Shown one piece after another: positions 16,213 through 25,113 of a stretch of DNA of 25,187 nt. The stretch's first letter is position 1, and the number at the start of each line of letters is the position of its first letter. Under the pieces are notes generated by a model. It was not told the origin of the DNA, did no database searches, and saw nothing but the letters and a program-made list of their open reading frames with translations. The DNA is from a virus (taxonomy: Duplodnaviria > Caudoviricetes): the IMG/VR virus record IMGVR_UViG_3300037963_001401, positions 1 to 25,187 of that record, one strand, 5' to 3'. The translations under genes and the position numbers were made by a program.

Positions 16213-16389
16213 TTATTCTTTTTTTTTCTTTTTTTTCTTTTCCTTCTTTGATTCTACTATTTTCTCAATACACTCAAGCTCAATTAATTCATCCAATTCA
16301 CTTTGTCTGGTAATAATAACATTCATTCCTTTTGGAAATGTCTTGCCATGCCTTTGAGAAAACCATTCTTTCAATAATGTATATTTCAT
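16213..16389 (-). CDS. hypothetical protein, 58 aa, Lys-rich tail (not in ORF track)
   Basis: MKYTLLKEWFSQRHGKTFPKGMNVIITRQSELDELIELECIEKIVESKK...; fills the gap, A-rich leader. Confidence 0.65.
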   Translation of the reverse strand: MKYTLLKEWFSQRHGKTFPKGMNVIITRQSELDELIELECIEKIVESKKEKKKKKKKE

Positions 16390-16400
16390 TTTCTTTTTTT

Positions 16401-16760
16401 TTAAATATCTAATTTTACACTACACATCCCTTTAACATTACTTAACGAGCTTTCGGATGTTAATTTAATAATTGCTTGTGTATCATTAGAAAAGTTTGTA
16501 CTAATATTGTCAAAACAGACCTCGCTGTCTGTTCTTATGTTTGTTTCTGTTAAATCTAAATTATTGCAGTTTGTTTTTAATTGAACACTCCATAATGAGT
16601 CAGATGGAATGTTATCTCCAGAATCTACTTTAACTCCAAGAGAGCTAATGCTTATGCCATTAGTAGCTTTGTTGAATAGCTCTATCTGAACTGAATTTCC
16701 AGTTAAGTTAAAATCGTATATGTGTATTTCTGTTGCCAATGTTTTATATCTAAATATCAT
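16401..16760 (-). CDS. hypothetical beta-rich protein in the neck/tail region
   Basis: 119-aa ORF, ATGA-coupled to the tail terminator gene. Confidence 0.65.
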   Translation of the reverse strand: MIFRYKTLATEIHIYDFNLTGNSVQIELFNKATNGISISSLGVKVDSGDNIPSDSLWSVQLKTNCNNLDLTETNIRTDSEVCFDNISTNFSNDTQAIIKLTSESSLSNVKGMCSVKLDI

Positions 16761-17176
16761 GCATTTACTATTCTCACATCAAAATCTAAAGCCTTACGAA
16801 AAACTCCCTTTCCATTTGTTGCTGAATTATCATAAGAATCCACATCAAAAAAATCATTATATCCATCATATTTGATAGATTGAATTACTACTCCATTATA
16901 TGTGCCACTCCTTCTATCTAAGGCAGTTCTTATAATATCAGCTATCTCACAGGCCTCTGAATAAGTTTCAGAATAACAGCTAATCATTACTGATGTTGTA
17001 TCTAAAGTTGAAACCCCTTGCTTGTAATTAGTAGGAGTTTGCCCAGTAACATCATAAATCACAAAAGGGAAAGCAGTTTCTACTCTTGCAACCATAGGAA
17101 AAATCCTTGTTGAAGTCAAATTTGTCAAGTTCACATGAGTGCTTAAAATGTTATATATTGCTTTTCCTACATCCAT
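16757..17176 (-). CDS. tail terminator/completion protein (DUF3168/gp17-like)
   Basis: AIYNIL, RIFPMVA, FPFVIY, YSEACEIADIIRTALD; synteny. Confidence 0.85.
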   Translation of the reverse strand: MDVGKAIYNILSTHVNLTNLTSTRIFPMVARVETAFPFVIYDVTGQTPTNYKQGVSTLDTTSVMISCYSETYSEACEIADIIRTALDRRSGTYNGVVIQSIKYDGYNDFFDVDSYDNSATNGKGVFRKALDFDVRIVNA

Positions 17177-17178
17177 AA

Positions 17179-17757
17179 TTAATATCCTAATCCATATTTT
17201 TTTAATCTTCTCTCATGTATCTTCAAGGCTCTTTCAAAGATAACCTGAGCATCTTTCATTCCATTTACTAAAACCATTTTATGGTCTGAATCCCAAGCCT
17301 TCTTCATGAATGGCTGGTCTTTTCCCCTACCCTTGCCTCCAAACATAACCTCACTTCCATACTCAACCCAAGCTCCATAAAATCCTGACTTTGTATATTG
17401 TTTCCTTCCTTTTAATTTTTTACCAGTTGAAGTTTCTTTTTCTTTTTTTGCAAAAGCTCCCTTTACTCTTGGCCCAACATATCCTCCATGATATTTTTTA
17501 CTGGCTTTTGTTCTAAAATAGCCTATACTATTAGCCAGTTGTGTTCCCCCTCTTATTTGTTTAGCATTAGCTTGAGCAGCCTTAACTAAAGGCTTTGACA
17601 CTCTCCTCCAAAATTTATTCCATACTGAATCTTGAGAAACTTGCTTAGGCAGTTGCCTAAACATCAAATCAATATCAGTTAGATTTTTAGTATCTATCTC
17701 AACCCATGACTTTGCAGCTTGTCTTGATTGACCATCAATATTTGGTATTACAGCCAT
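17179..17757 (-). CDS. HK97 gp10-like neck protein
   Basis: QLANSI, FYGAWVEYGS, QPFMKKAWD. Confidence 0.85.
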   Translation of the reverse strand: MAVIPNIDGQSRQAAKSWVEIDTKNLTDIDLMFRQLPKQVSQDSVWNKFWRRVSKPLVKAAQANAKQIRGGTQLANSIGYFRTKASKKYHGGYVGPRVKGAFAKKEKETSTGKKLKGRKQYTKSGFYGAWVEYGSEVMFGGKGRGKDQPFMKKAWDSDHKMVLVNGMKDAQVIFERALKIHERRLKKYGLGY

Positions 17758-18098
17758 TATTCTTTTTGTTCAGTTTCCAGTTCTAAAAAACCATCTCTCC
17801 CATCAATTTCATTTATAACGTTTATATAATAATGTTTAGCCACTCCTCTATCTTTATATTTAACTCTCATTGATTCATTAATAGTATCAACAGTTGAGCC
17901 ATAATTTCTTATGGTAAAAATAACTTTGCTTGTTGCAGTAACTCTTTCTGCAATATCCTTTGTGCTTCCTCCTTTAAAATTTACATTAGCCCAGAGTGAG
18001 ATTAAATTACTCCATGTCTTAATCGCTTCTCCATAAGCATCTTGACTGGCAGAATAACTTTGAATGGTAATTCTTCTATCTAATTCTCCTATCTGCAT
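17757..18098 (-). CDS. head closure / head-tail joining protein (SPP1 gp16-like)
   Basis: IGELDRRITIQ, DAYGE...W...WANV, FTIR. Confidence 0.9.
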   Translation of the reverse strand: MQIGELDRRITIQSYSASQDAYGEAIKTWSNLISLWANVNFKGGSTKDIAERVTATSKVIFTIRNYGSTVDTINESMRVKYKDRGVAKHYYINVINEIDGRDGFLELETEQKE

Positions 18099-18667
18099 AC
18101 CTGAACTTTATATTGGTCTAATAAATATTTTGCTCCCATAGGAATTTCAGTTGCTATTCTACCAACGACCACCTCTTGTCTGTTTTGATACCAATGTCCA
18201 ATAGTTAAATATACAGCTTGTATAATTGCATAAGGAACATCAGTTGTTGCTGTCCCATAGCCGACTGTGTATTTTACCAACACAGCATCTTCTCTATCTG
18301 CAACATCTGGATAAGATTGGTCTACTTTAAGCATAAGAGTTGATGGCTCGATTGCTGGTGTTACTTGATACACAGATGTTGATAATGTTTGCTGTACGTT
18401 ATCAGTATCATAATATTTTACAACAGTTATTTCTGAAACTGGACTTTTGAAAAGGCTTCTAATGTCTGCAAAAGTTGTTCCATATTGCTCAAGCGTTGTT
18501 GATAAAAAGAATCTATTTGTGTATTCTTGAGCAGATTCAGTAGCTGCTTTCACTAATGAATTGATGACATCATCATCATCAGTAATATCAACTTTTAAAA
18601 ATTTCCTTGCATCTGTTGTTGATATTAATTGTGTAGTGTTTGCAGCTAAAACTTTATATGCTCTCAT
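18089..18667 (-). CDS. head-tail connector (gp6-like, phiE125 gp8 type)
   Basis: DARKFLKVD..DDDDVI..LVKAA, VGYG...VPYAIIQAV..IGHWYQNR. Confidence 0.9.
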   Translation of the reverse strand: MRAYKVLAANTTQLISTTDARKFLKVDITDDDDVINSLVKAATESAQEYTNRFFLSTTLEQYGTTFADIRSLFKSPVSEITVVKYYDTDNVQQTLSTSVYQVTPAIEPSTLMLKVDQSYPDVADREDAVLVKYTVGYGTATTDVPYAIIQAVYLTIGHWYQNRQEVVVGRIATEIPMGAKYLLDQYKVQVCR

Positions 18668-18685
18668 TTTCTTTTATATTTTTTT

Positions 18686-18722
18686 AAAAAAAAGGGATGG
18701 CAGCCATTCTACCACCCCTTTT
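18686..18722 (-). terminator. intrinsic terminator after capsid gene
   Basis: Minus strand GGGGTGGTAG-AATGG-CTGCCATCCC followed by T8. Confidence 0.85.
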
Positions 18723-18739
18723 CTGAATTAAGTATTTTA

Positions 18740-19957
18740 CTATGCTTCCAAGTTTTTGTGGAATGAAGTTGCTTGTACAGCACCAGCATCAACAAGAGAT
18801 GTTAGTACATAACGAGGCTCACCAGTTCCAGCTCCAGAATAGATGTCATATATCACATCAAGACCTCCGAACTGAGCAATGTGTACTTTAGAGAAGTCTC
18901 CAAATAAAGCAGCAGTTTTTGCAGCAGTACCACCAGAGTTTAAGTTAGATGTTATAAATGAGAAATATCCATTTAATCTCTTATCAGCATTGTCATATAA
19001 AGCTGAAACAGAAGCAACTTGTGCTAAAGATTTCACATCAGAGTAAGCAGCTGGATTAAGAATGTATGCCATTCTTGCTCCTTCTAATTGAACATCAGCA
19101 GCTAATGTATCAGTTTCCATTTTTTCAACGTTAGCAACTGAAATAGCAGAAGTAGCTGATGAAGTTGCATCAGCAAATAAAGAAGCTGGAGCATTAGATA
19201 CATCAGCATTTGCTAAGAATGCAGATTCCATTGTAGAAGCAACTGACATAGCCATGTTTCTTCTTAATGCAGCTTCAATAGAAGCATTTTGAGCAACAGC
19301 CTCAGCTGATACATTTACTATTGAGATACATTTCTTTGGGCTTAACGTTAAAGATGTTGCAGTTCCATTTGCAGCTGGAGCTGAGCCACCAGTTTCAGCA
19401 ACGAAACCAGAGTTTATGCTTGAGAATACTGGGAACTTCATGTTGTTTACACCTGAGTAAAAATTAGCACCAGCAGAAGCCATAACTAAGTTTGCTTCTA
19501 ATTGGTCACTCCAAGCCATAGTTGAAGTTTCATTTGCAGCAGAAGTTGCAATAGCAGCTCTTGTTAATATAGAAGATGGAATCCCTATTCCTTTATAAGA
19601 TTGGCCAGTATATCTTGACTCATTTCTTGCTTCTTCATCCATTTCTTTTACAAGTCCAGATATTCTACCATTAGCAGCTTGTGCTAAAGCATCTTGGAAA
19701 GAATAATCTCTAACTTCTTTATCTACTTTTGTAGCTGTAACTCCAGAAACAACAGCAGCATTACGCTTGATTGTTTCCATTTTTTCAGCTCTTTCAATCT
19801 TAGCATCAAGATTATCAACCTCTGTTAATAATCCATCAACTTGTTCATTTTCTTCTTGCGTTAAATCTCTTTCTTCAGTAGAAGCAACATCTTTGATGTT
19901 TTCTAAAGAATCAATAATGTCTGAACGCATTTCTTTTAATTCTATTGATGTTTTCAT
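18740..19957 (-). CDS. major capsid protein, HK97 fold with N-terminal delta domain
   Basis: Coiled-coil N-terminus (ERDLTQEE), FVAETG, LTLSPKK, LFGDFS; synteny. Confidence 0.95.
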   Translation of the reverse strand: MKTSIELKEMRSDIIDSLENIKDVASTEERDLTQEENEQVDGLLTEVDNLDAKIERAEKMETIKRNAAVVSGVTATKVDKEVRDYSFQDALAQAANGRISGLVKEMDEEARNESRYTGQSYKGIGIPSSILTRAAIATSAANETSTMAWSDQLEANLVMASAGANFYSGVNNMKFPVFSSINSGFVAETGGSAPAANGTATSLTLSPKKCISIVNVSAEAVAQNASIEAALRRNMAMSVASTMESAFLANADVSNAPASLFADATSSATSAISVANVEKMETDTLAADVQLEGARMAYILNPAAYSDVKSLAQVASVSALYDNADKRLNGYFSFITSNLNSGGTAAKTAALFGDFSKVHIAQFGGLDVIYDIYSGAGTGEPRYVLTSLVDAGAVQATSFHKNLEA

Positions 19958-19974
19958 TTTTAAAATTTTTATTA

Positions 19975-21060
19975 TTATTTTCTCTTTTTTAATTCTATCT
20001 TCAATGAAACAAGAGAACGCTTCACTAAATCTTTTTCTTCATTTTCTCTTTCTACTTTTTCTTTATAAGTAGCTAAACCTCTTTGGGCAACGATTAAATC
20101 ATTTGCCTCTGGATAAGCTGGATAAGTAACTGGAGAGACATCATAAAGCCTGTCAATCTTTTTGATTGTTCTTATATTGTTGCCAGCCTCATCAGTAGTC
20201 CAGTCATCCTCTGCCACAGTAAAAGCAAAAGAACTTTGAGTTATATCTCCTCTTTGCATAGACACAACCAAATCTTTGCCATAAGAAGTTTGAGGTACAT
20301 CAAACTCATATCTCAATCCTTTCTCATCAGCAGTAAGCCTTAAAGTTCCTGATGTTGTTCTTCCTAAAATTAAGTTTTGGTCATGATTAATTAATGCTCT
20401 TGTGTCTGACTTTGCAATTAATTCTGGAGTAAAAGCTCCAGCCTCAATGTACTCATAGAAGCCTCCCAAGTTTTCGCTTCTTGTGTCATACATAGAAGCA
20501 TGACCAGTAATGATTTGATTCCCTTCTTCTGATTCTTCAGCTCTGGTTTCAATGTTAAATATTCTTTTTTCCATAGTTATATTATTATATTTTTTATCCC
20601 AAACAAATGTTTTTAAACTCTTTTTTTCTTCTTCTTCAATTTGGTTTCTTTTTCTTTCGCTAAAACTTACAGCTGGGTCTCCTCCCCATAAAGCCCAAGC
20701 TATTCGCCCAGCACTCGGATATCCATCTTCTCCTCTTTCAAATCCTTCTGCTTCCTTATCCACTTCATGTCTTTTCAAGTAGCTATACATTTTTTTAATT
20801 CTCTCAACAGATAACTCATTATTAATTATCATGTTTGCTGTTCTAACACCAACTTCTGTTCCTCCTCTATCAAACTCTTTTCTCCATTCCAAGCCTTTCT
20901 TTGCTTCTTCAACCATTCCTTCTGTTGGAGTTAAATCTATATCAGATAAGTCTCTGTAATAATCTGCATTTGACTCATCAGCTTCTTTCTTAGAGTCATA
21001 AATACAAGAGCCACCTTCTCCCCATTTCCATTTTCCATTATCACACTTAATCGATGGCAT
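19975..21060 (-). CDS. HK97-family prohead protease with about 160-aa N-terminal extra domain
   Basis: GFYEYIEAGAF, ALINHD..ILGRT, SSFAF, LYDVSPVTYPAY; protease domain begins at MEKR (20574). Confidence 0.9.
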   Translation of the reverse strand: MPSIKCDNGKWKWGEGGSCIYDSKKEADESNADYYRDLSDIDLTPTEGMVEEAKKGLEWRKEFDRGGTEVGVRTANMIINNELSVERIKKMYSYLKRHEVDKEAEGFERGEDGYPSAGRIAWALWGGDPAVSFSERKRNQIEEEEKKSLKTFVWDKKYNNITMEKRIFNIETRAEESEEGNQIITGHASMYDTRSENLGGFYEYIEAGAFTPELIAKSDTRALINHDQNLILGRTTSGTLRLTADEKGLRYEFDVPQTSYGKDLVVSMQRGDITQSSFAFTVAEDDWTTDEAGNNIRTIKKIDRLYDVSPVTYPAYPEANDLIVAQRGLATYKEKVERENEEKDLVKRSLVSLKIELKKRK

Positions 21061-22240
21061 CCTCTCCTATTTTTTCTATTGTTGTCATATTCATTTGCAT
21101 GAAGTGTTTGTCTCCTCCTTCAATTGAATTTAAATTTTCTTTTTGTCTAACTTCGTTGATGCTCATGTATCCATTTGTAATAGCTGTCTTGTATGCTTCG
21201 TTTCTTGATTTTACATCTCCTCTCAATAAGCCATTCACATTAAACTCAATAAACTTGTATCCTAATTCATTAGTCCTGAAAAGTTTAAGATTCATCTCAT
21301 TTTCAATCCTTGTGATATAAGGCATCAAGGTATAAGTAACAAATTCCTGTGATTGCATTTCAATATTATTGAAACTTGACTTTGTTAAATCTTTAAGCAT
21401 GTGAGGAGGTACATTAAATATACGAGCCACTTCTTCGATTGAGAATTGTCTACTCGCTAAGAACTGAGCTTGTTCTGGAGAAATAGAAATCGGTTTGAAT
21501 GATAATCCCTCCTCTAATATTATTGTAGAATTACTTTGACTAAGTTTTGCATAACTACTATTGAAAGAATTTTTTAATCTTTGAATTGCTGTCTCACTCA
21601 AAGCTCTATCAGTTGAAAGAACTGAACTCGGCTTAGCTCCATTCTTAAAGAATGTGCTTCCGAACTCCTCAACATTTATTCCCCAGTTTATAGCTTTTGC
21701 ACATTGGTCGATTGGAGAAAGTCCAACAATTCCATCATCTGTTAATGTTTTGAAATGTAAAATGTCAGAACTATCTAAGACACCTCCCCCATCAACTTGA
21801 TAAAACAACTCCCCTTCATTAATGAAAACATCTACAAGAGAAGAATCTATCGGCATTAATTGAACTGGATTACCAGAATTATCTCTCACTATTTGCACGT
21901 AAGAGTTTCCAGTCATGCAGATTGACATCATGACATATTCAAAAAATGTGATTTTATTTTGATAATTATTCGGCTTGTATTTTATTAGATTGTAAATCCT
22001 ATCATTTACAGCCTCCACTTTATCGCCATTTGCTTCTTTAGTATATACCCCACAAGGTAAAGATGAAACGCTTTCTGATAATAAGCGAACTGCACACCAT
22101 ACTGAGCTTAAGGTTAACGCCTTATCGCTGTCATAAACATTCGCTTCTGGGAATAATGTTTGAAGTCCTATGCTTCTTTGTTCTGTTTGTTCAGGCTTCC
22201 CAAATGTAAAGAAGTCCCTGATGTCTGTAATTATGCTCAA
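21047..22240 (-). CDS. portal protein, HK97 family
   Basis: VWCAVRLLSESVSSLP, GNSY, GLSPI, FFKNGAKP, EVARIFNVPPHML; TTG start. Confidence 0.95.
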   Translation of the reverse strand: MSIITDIRDFFTFGKPEQTEQRSIGLQTLFPEANVYDSDKALTLSSVWCAVRLLSESVSSLPCGVYTKEANGDKVEAVNDRIYNLIKYKPNNYQNKITFFEYVMMSICMTGNSYVQIVRDNSGNPVQLMPIDSSLVDVFINEGELFYQVDGGGVLDSSDILHFKTLTDDGIVGLSPIDQCAKAINWGINVEEFGSTFFKNGAKPSSVLSTDRALSETAIQRLKNSFNSSYAKLSQSNSTIILEEGLSFKPISISPEQAQFLASRQFSIEEVARIFNVPPHMLKDLTKSSFNNIEMQSQEFVTYTLMPYITRIENEMNLKLFRTNELGYKFIEFNVNGLLRGDVKSRNEAYKTAITNGYMSINEVRQKENLNSIEGGDKHFMQMNMTTIEKIGEDAID

Positions 22241-22258
22241 ATCTTATAAGAATTTTCA

Positions 22259-22302
22259 CAATAATACGACTATCTTTTATTAATGTTATGCAACTTAGTT
22301 GC
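22259..22302 (-). promoter_or_regulatory. candidate promoter/operator upstream of portal
   Basis: Palindrome GCAACT-T-AGTTGC 22290-22302; -7-like TATTATTG 22259-22266. Confidence 0.4.
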
Positions 22303-22318
22303 CTTTCTTTAATTGTTT

Positions 22319-22552
22319 TTAATTTATCATTTTAAAATTGTATAAATCATTTTCTCTTATTGCCCATTTGTGAGTACCACAATCTTTTAATTCAGAATTT
22401 TGTAATCCCATAGTGAAGCCATTTTTATTGCACACTACTAAAAGATTTCCATTCTTTTCTCTTACAACATTATAATTACTATTAGACCAATAAACATCTT
22501 CATTATTATCTAATAAAAAATTTATTGTTTTTAATATTTCTTGATTTGTCAT
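22319..22552 (-). CDS. inserted (moron-like) hypothetical protein
   Basis: 77-aa Asn-rich ORF with its own promoter, between terminase and portal. Confidence 0.75.
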   Translation of the reverse strand: MTNQEILKTINFLLDNNEDVYWSNSNYNVVREKNGNLLVVCNKNGFTMGLQNSELKDCGTHKWAIRENDLYNFKMIN

Positions 22553-22577
22553 TTTCTTTTTGTTTATTATTATACTG

Positions 22578-22608
22578 TAAATATAATACTTTTTAACATT
22601 TGTGCAAA
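22578..22608 (-). promoter_or_regulatory. Bacteroidota-type promoter
   Basis: TTTG (22605-22608), 19-nt spacer, TATATTTA (22578-22585). Confidence 0.7.
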
Positions 22609-22646
22609 GAAATAATGATAATTTTTAATTATTTCATTCTATTGAT

Positions 22647-22659
22647 TATCAATCACTTA
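22647..22659 (+). promoter_or_regulatory. IHF-consensus site
   Basis: TATCAATCACTTA matches WATCAANNNNTTR exactly. Confidence 0.45.
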
Positions 22660-22691
22660 CGTAATATTAAGAAAAAAACAACTATTTTATT

Positions 22692-22907
22692 TTATTTTTT
22701 TTGGCGATTTTTTGGCGATTTTAATCTTCTATCTCTGCAATTTCTAAAAGAATTATAATCTGAGTATTTCCTTTGTCTGAAATTTTCTTGATATTCTTTT
22801 TCTACTAACTCGTAAGCCTCCTTATAAGTTTTTGTTTCAGCAGCCACCTCCCAAAATCGTTGGTCGAATCCTTCTGGAGTTAATAAAGCAATAATTTTTA
22901 TGTCCAT
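22692..22907 (-). CDS. hypothetical basic helical protein downstream of terL
   Basis: 71 aa, coupled to terL stop; EAYELVE, KYSDYNSFR. Confidence 0.7.
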   Translation of the reverse strand: MDIKIIALLTPEGFDQRFWEVAAETKTYKEAYELVEKEYQENFRQRKYSDYNSFRNCRDRRLKSPKNRQKK

Positions 22908-24445
22908 TATAATACTAATAAATCTCTTTCATCATAAACACTTGTGCCATCATCTTCTGAATAGTAACCACCAAGAGCCATAATCAAAGCAACAATAGGG
23001 TCTATCCTATCAACTGATTTGCTTTTGTTTGGCTTGATATTCCCAGCTGGGTCCTCTTGAATTGTTATATTTGAAAGACACCAGTTGAGGCATGGATTGT
23101 TATCATGAATAATATTCTTTGCAATTATCTCAACCTCTAATGCTTTTGTAGGCATACTCATGCTCACGAAACCCTGTCCGAATGGGTCGAGATTAGCTCC
23201 ATCATTTTGAAGGTCAATGACAATTTGGCTGGCATTCCATCTATCATAGCAGATAGATTGTATTCTATATTTTTTACTCAACTCATTTATCTTGGCTCTA
23301 ATGAAATGATAATCTTGAACATCTCCCTCAGTTCCAAAGACATGCCCATCCCTCAACCATTCTACATAATTAACTTTATCTCTATCACTTCTTTTTTTTG
23401 CATTTTCTTTTGGAATAAATATATAAGGCTTAACAATAAACTTTCCATTTACATTAAACACTAAAACGAAAGCACTTAAATCTCTTGTAGAAGCTAAGTC
23501 CAAACCACCCCAACACTCTTTGCCCTCTAATGTTGAGTAATCAAATTCTTGATGACACTCCATCCATTCATCATGTCCAATCCATTTTGTTTGACTCTGT
23601 GTCCAGATGTTAAGCATTAATCTTTTGAAAGTGTTTTGGTAAGATGGTAATTCAATAGCTCTTTTAGATTCTCTTTCCATGTAATCTTCTCTAAGAGAAA
23701 TTCCATAATTAGGATTGGCTTTTTTCCATGTAGATTCCAAAGTGATATCATCTTCTGCTTCTGCCTCATAGATTACTGGATAAAAACTTTCATCTGAAAT
23801 TGTTTTATCTAAAACTCTCTTTGCGTAATTATAGAGTTCATAACATATTGACTGTCTATCATAACCAGCAGTAGTGATTGCAATTGTCAATGGCTCTCTC
23901 CTTGCTCCAGTTGAAGTTGTTAATGTGTCCCATAAATCTCTGTTTGGCTGAGTATGTAGCTCATCAAATATAATACAGTTCGCATTGAAACCATGTTTTG
24001 TTTTTGAATCAGAAGAAATGGCTTGGAAAAAATTTCCTTTGCTTTCATTTGTGATTGAGTTTCTAAACACTTTCCCTCGACTACTAAGCTCAACATTATT
24101 AGCAATCATACCTTTTGCAATCTCAAAAACTATACCAGCTTGATTTCTATCTCCAGCAGCAGCATAAATTTCAGCTCCTCTTTCCTTATCAGCAAAAAGC
24201 ATATATATTCCAATAGCTGCACAAAGAGTGGTCTTTCCATTTTTTCTCGGCACTTCAATAAAAACAGTTCTATATTTTCTCAAATCTGTTTCTTTATTTT
24301 TCCAGCCAAAGATATTTCCGACTATTTCTTTTTGCCAGTCCTCTAATATAAAAGGCTTTCCAGTCAACTCTCCTTTGGTATGAGTAATAAAAGTTTCTAT
24401 AAAACTGATGGCCTTGTTTGCTGCTTGTTTGTCAAAGTAATACAT
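22907..24445 (-). CDS. terL: terminase large subunit
   Basis: LEDWQ, PRKNGKT Walker A, IFDELH Walker B, ITTAG, GLDLA, YDRWNA, RIDPIVA. Confidence 0.97.
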   Translation of the reverse strand: MYYFDKQAANKAISFIETFITHTKGELTGKPFILEDWQKEIVGNIFGWKNKETDLRKYRTVFIEVPRKNGKTTLCAAIGIYMLFADKERGAEIYAAAGDRNQAGIVFEIAKGMIANNVELSSRGKVFRNSITNESKGNFFQAISSDSKTKHGFNANCIIFDELHTQPNRDLWDTLTTSTGARREPLTIAITTAGYDRQSICYELYNYAKRVLDKTISDESFYPVIYEAEAEDDITLESTWKKANPNYGISLREDYMERESKRAIELPSYQNTFKRLMLNIWTQSQTKWIGHDEWMECHQEFDYSTLEGKECWGGLDLASTRDLSAFVLVFNVNGKFIVKPYIFIPKENAKKRSDRDKVNYVEWLRDGHVFGTEGDVQDYHFIRAKINELSKKYRIQSICYDRWNASQIVIDLQNDGANLDPFGQGFVSMSMPTKALEVEIIAKNIIHDNNPCLNWCLSNITIQEDPAGNIKPNKSKSVDRIDPIVALIMALGGYYSEDDGTSVYDERDLLVL

Positions 24446-24921
24446 TAATCAAAATAATTATTTATCTGTGTGTTGTTTGTTATCTTAGGGGCTGAAATTG
24501 AAGCTCTTGCAACTGGAGTCAATCCAAATTGAGTTGCCAGTTTCATTGCATTATTCAAAGCATCATTTTTAATTTTAAGATAAGGCTTGGCTTGGCTTCT
24601 AACTAAATCTCCATTTGTATTTGTGAAATTGTCAATCCTTCCATTTTTTCTCAACTCCATTTCACATTCAATATATAAAGCAATCTCATTGCAGTATGCC
24701 TCAACTAATCTTAAATCTACTACATGCAACATCTGTAAATTAAAAAGCTGGCTTGTAACTTTCACCCACTCCTCTTTTCCAATTTTACTTAATAAGGGAG
24801 GAGCTTCTGGTAAAGTTGAACACAAATCAACTTGCATTTCATTATCAACCATCCTTGATGGAGCAGATGTTTTCTGCATTTCTTTTATCTTGCTCGGAAG
24901 TTTCTTTCTGCCTTTTGCCAT
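24445..24921 (-). CDS. terS: terminase small subunit, P27 family
   Basis: GRKKLP, LSKIGKEEW, LVEAYC, QFGLTPVARA. Confidence 0.92.
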   Translation of the reverse strand: MAKGRKKLPSKIKEMQKTSAPSRMVDNEMQVDLCSTLPEAPPLLSKIGKEEWVKVTSQLFNLQMLHVVDLRLVEAYCNEIALYIECEMELRKNGRIDNFTNTNGDLVRSQAKPYLKIKNDALNNAMKLATQFGLTPVARASISAPKITNNTQINNYFD

Positions 24922-25113
24922 CTATTTTTTTCTTAGTGTTGGCTCAGTTCTTATTAAACAAGGAAAGCCATCAAAATCTTTTTTTACTTCTTGCATATAA
25001 TTTCCACACTTACACTTCGCTTCTCTTGTTCTAATTTTTCCATCAACAATTTCTAAAGTTGCTTTGTTTAAAATTTTTTGTTCATGACATTTATTACATT
25101 GATATATCATCAT
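24922..25113 (-). CDS. small Zn-ribbon-like protein
   Basis: YQCNKC...CKCG; abuts terS start. Confidence 0.65.
   Translation of the reverse strand: MMIYQCNKCHEQKILNKATLEIVDGKIRTREAKCKCGNYMQEVKKDFDGFPCLIRTEPTLRKK

Noticed and set aside
22699-22722. Tandem TTTTGGCGATT duplication
   Set aside because: Two copies only, at a low-complexity gene end; most likely slippage
7462-24921. Gene transfer agent, suggested by the GTA-type holin and compact structural cluster
   Set aside because: Own initiator and origin, recombination genes and an HNH/P27 cos-type packaging set indicate an autonomous phage
974-25034. All plus-strand ORFs in the track (e.g. 974-1429, 4912-5109, 12862-13296, 24587-25000)
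   Set aside because: Antisense shadows of minus-strand genes, with non-ATG starts in many cases and no recognisable motifs
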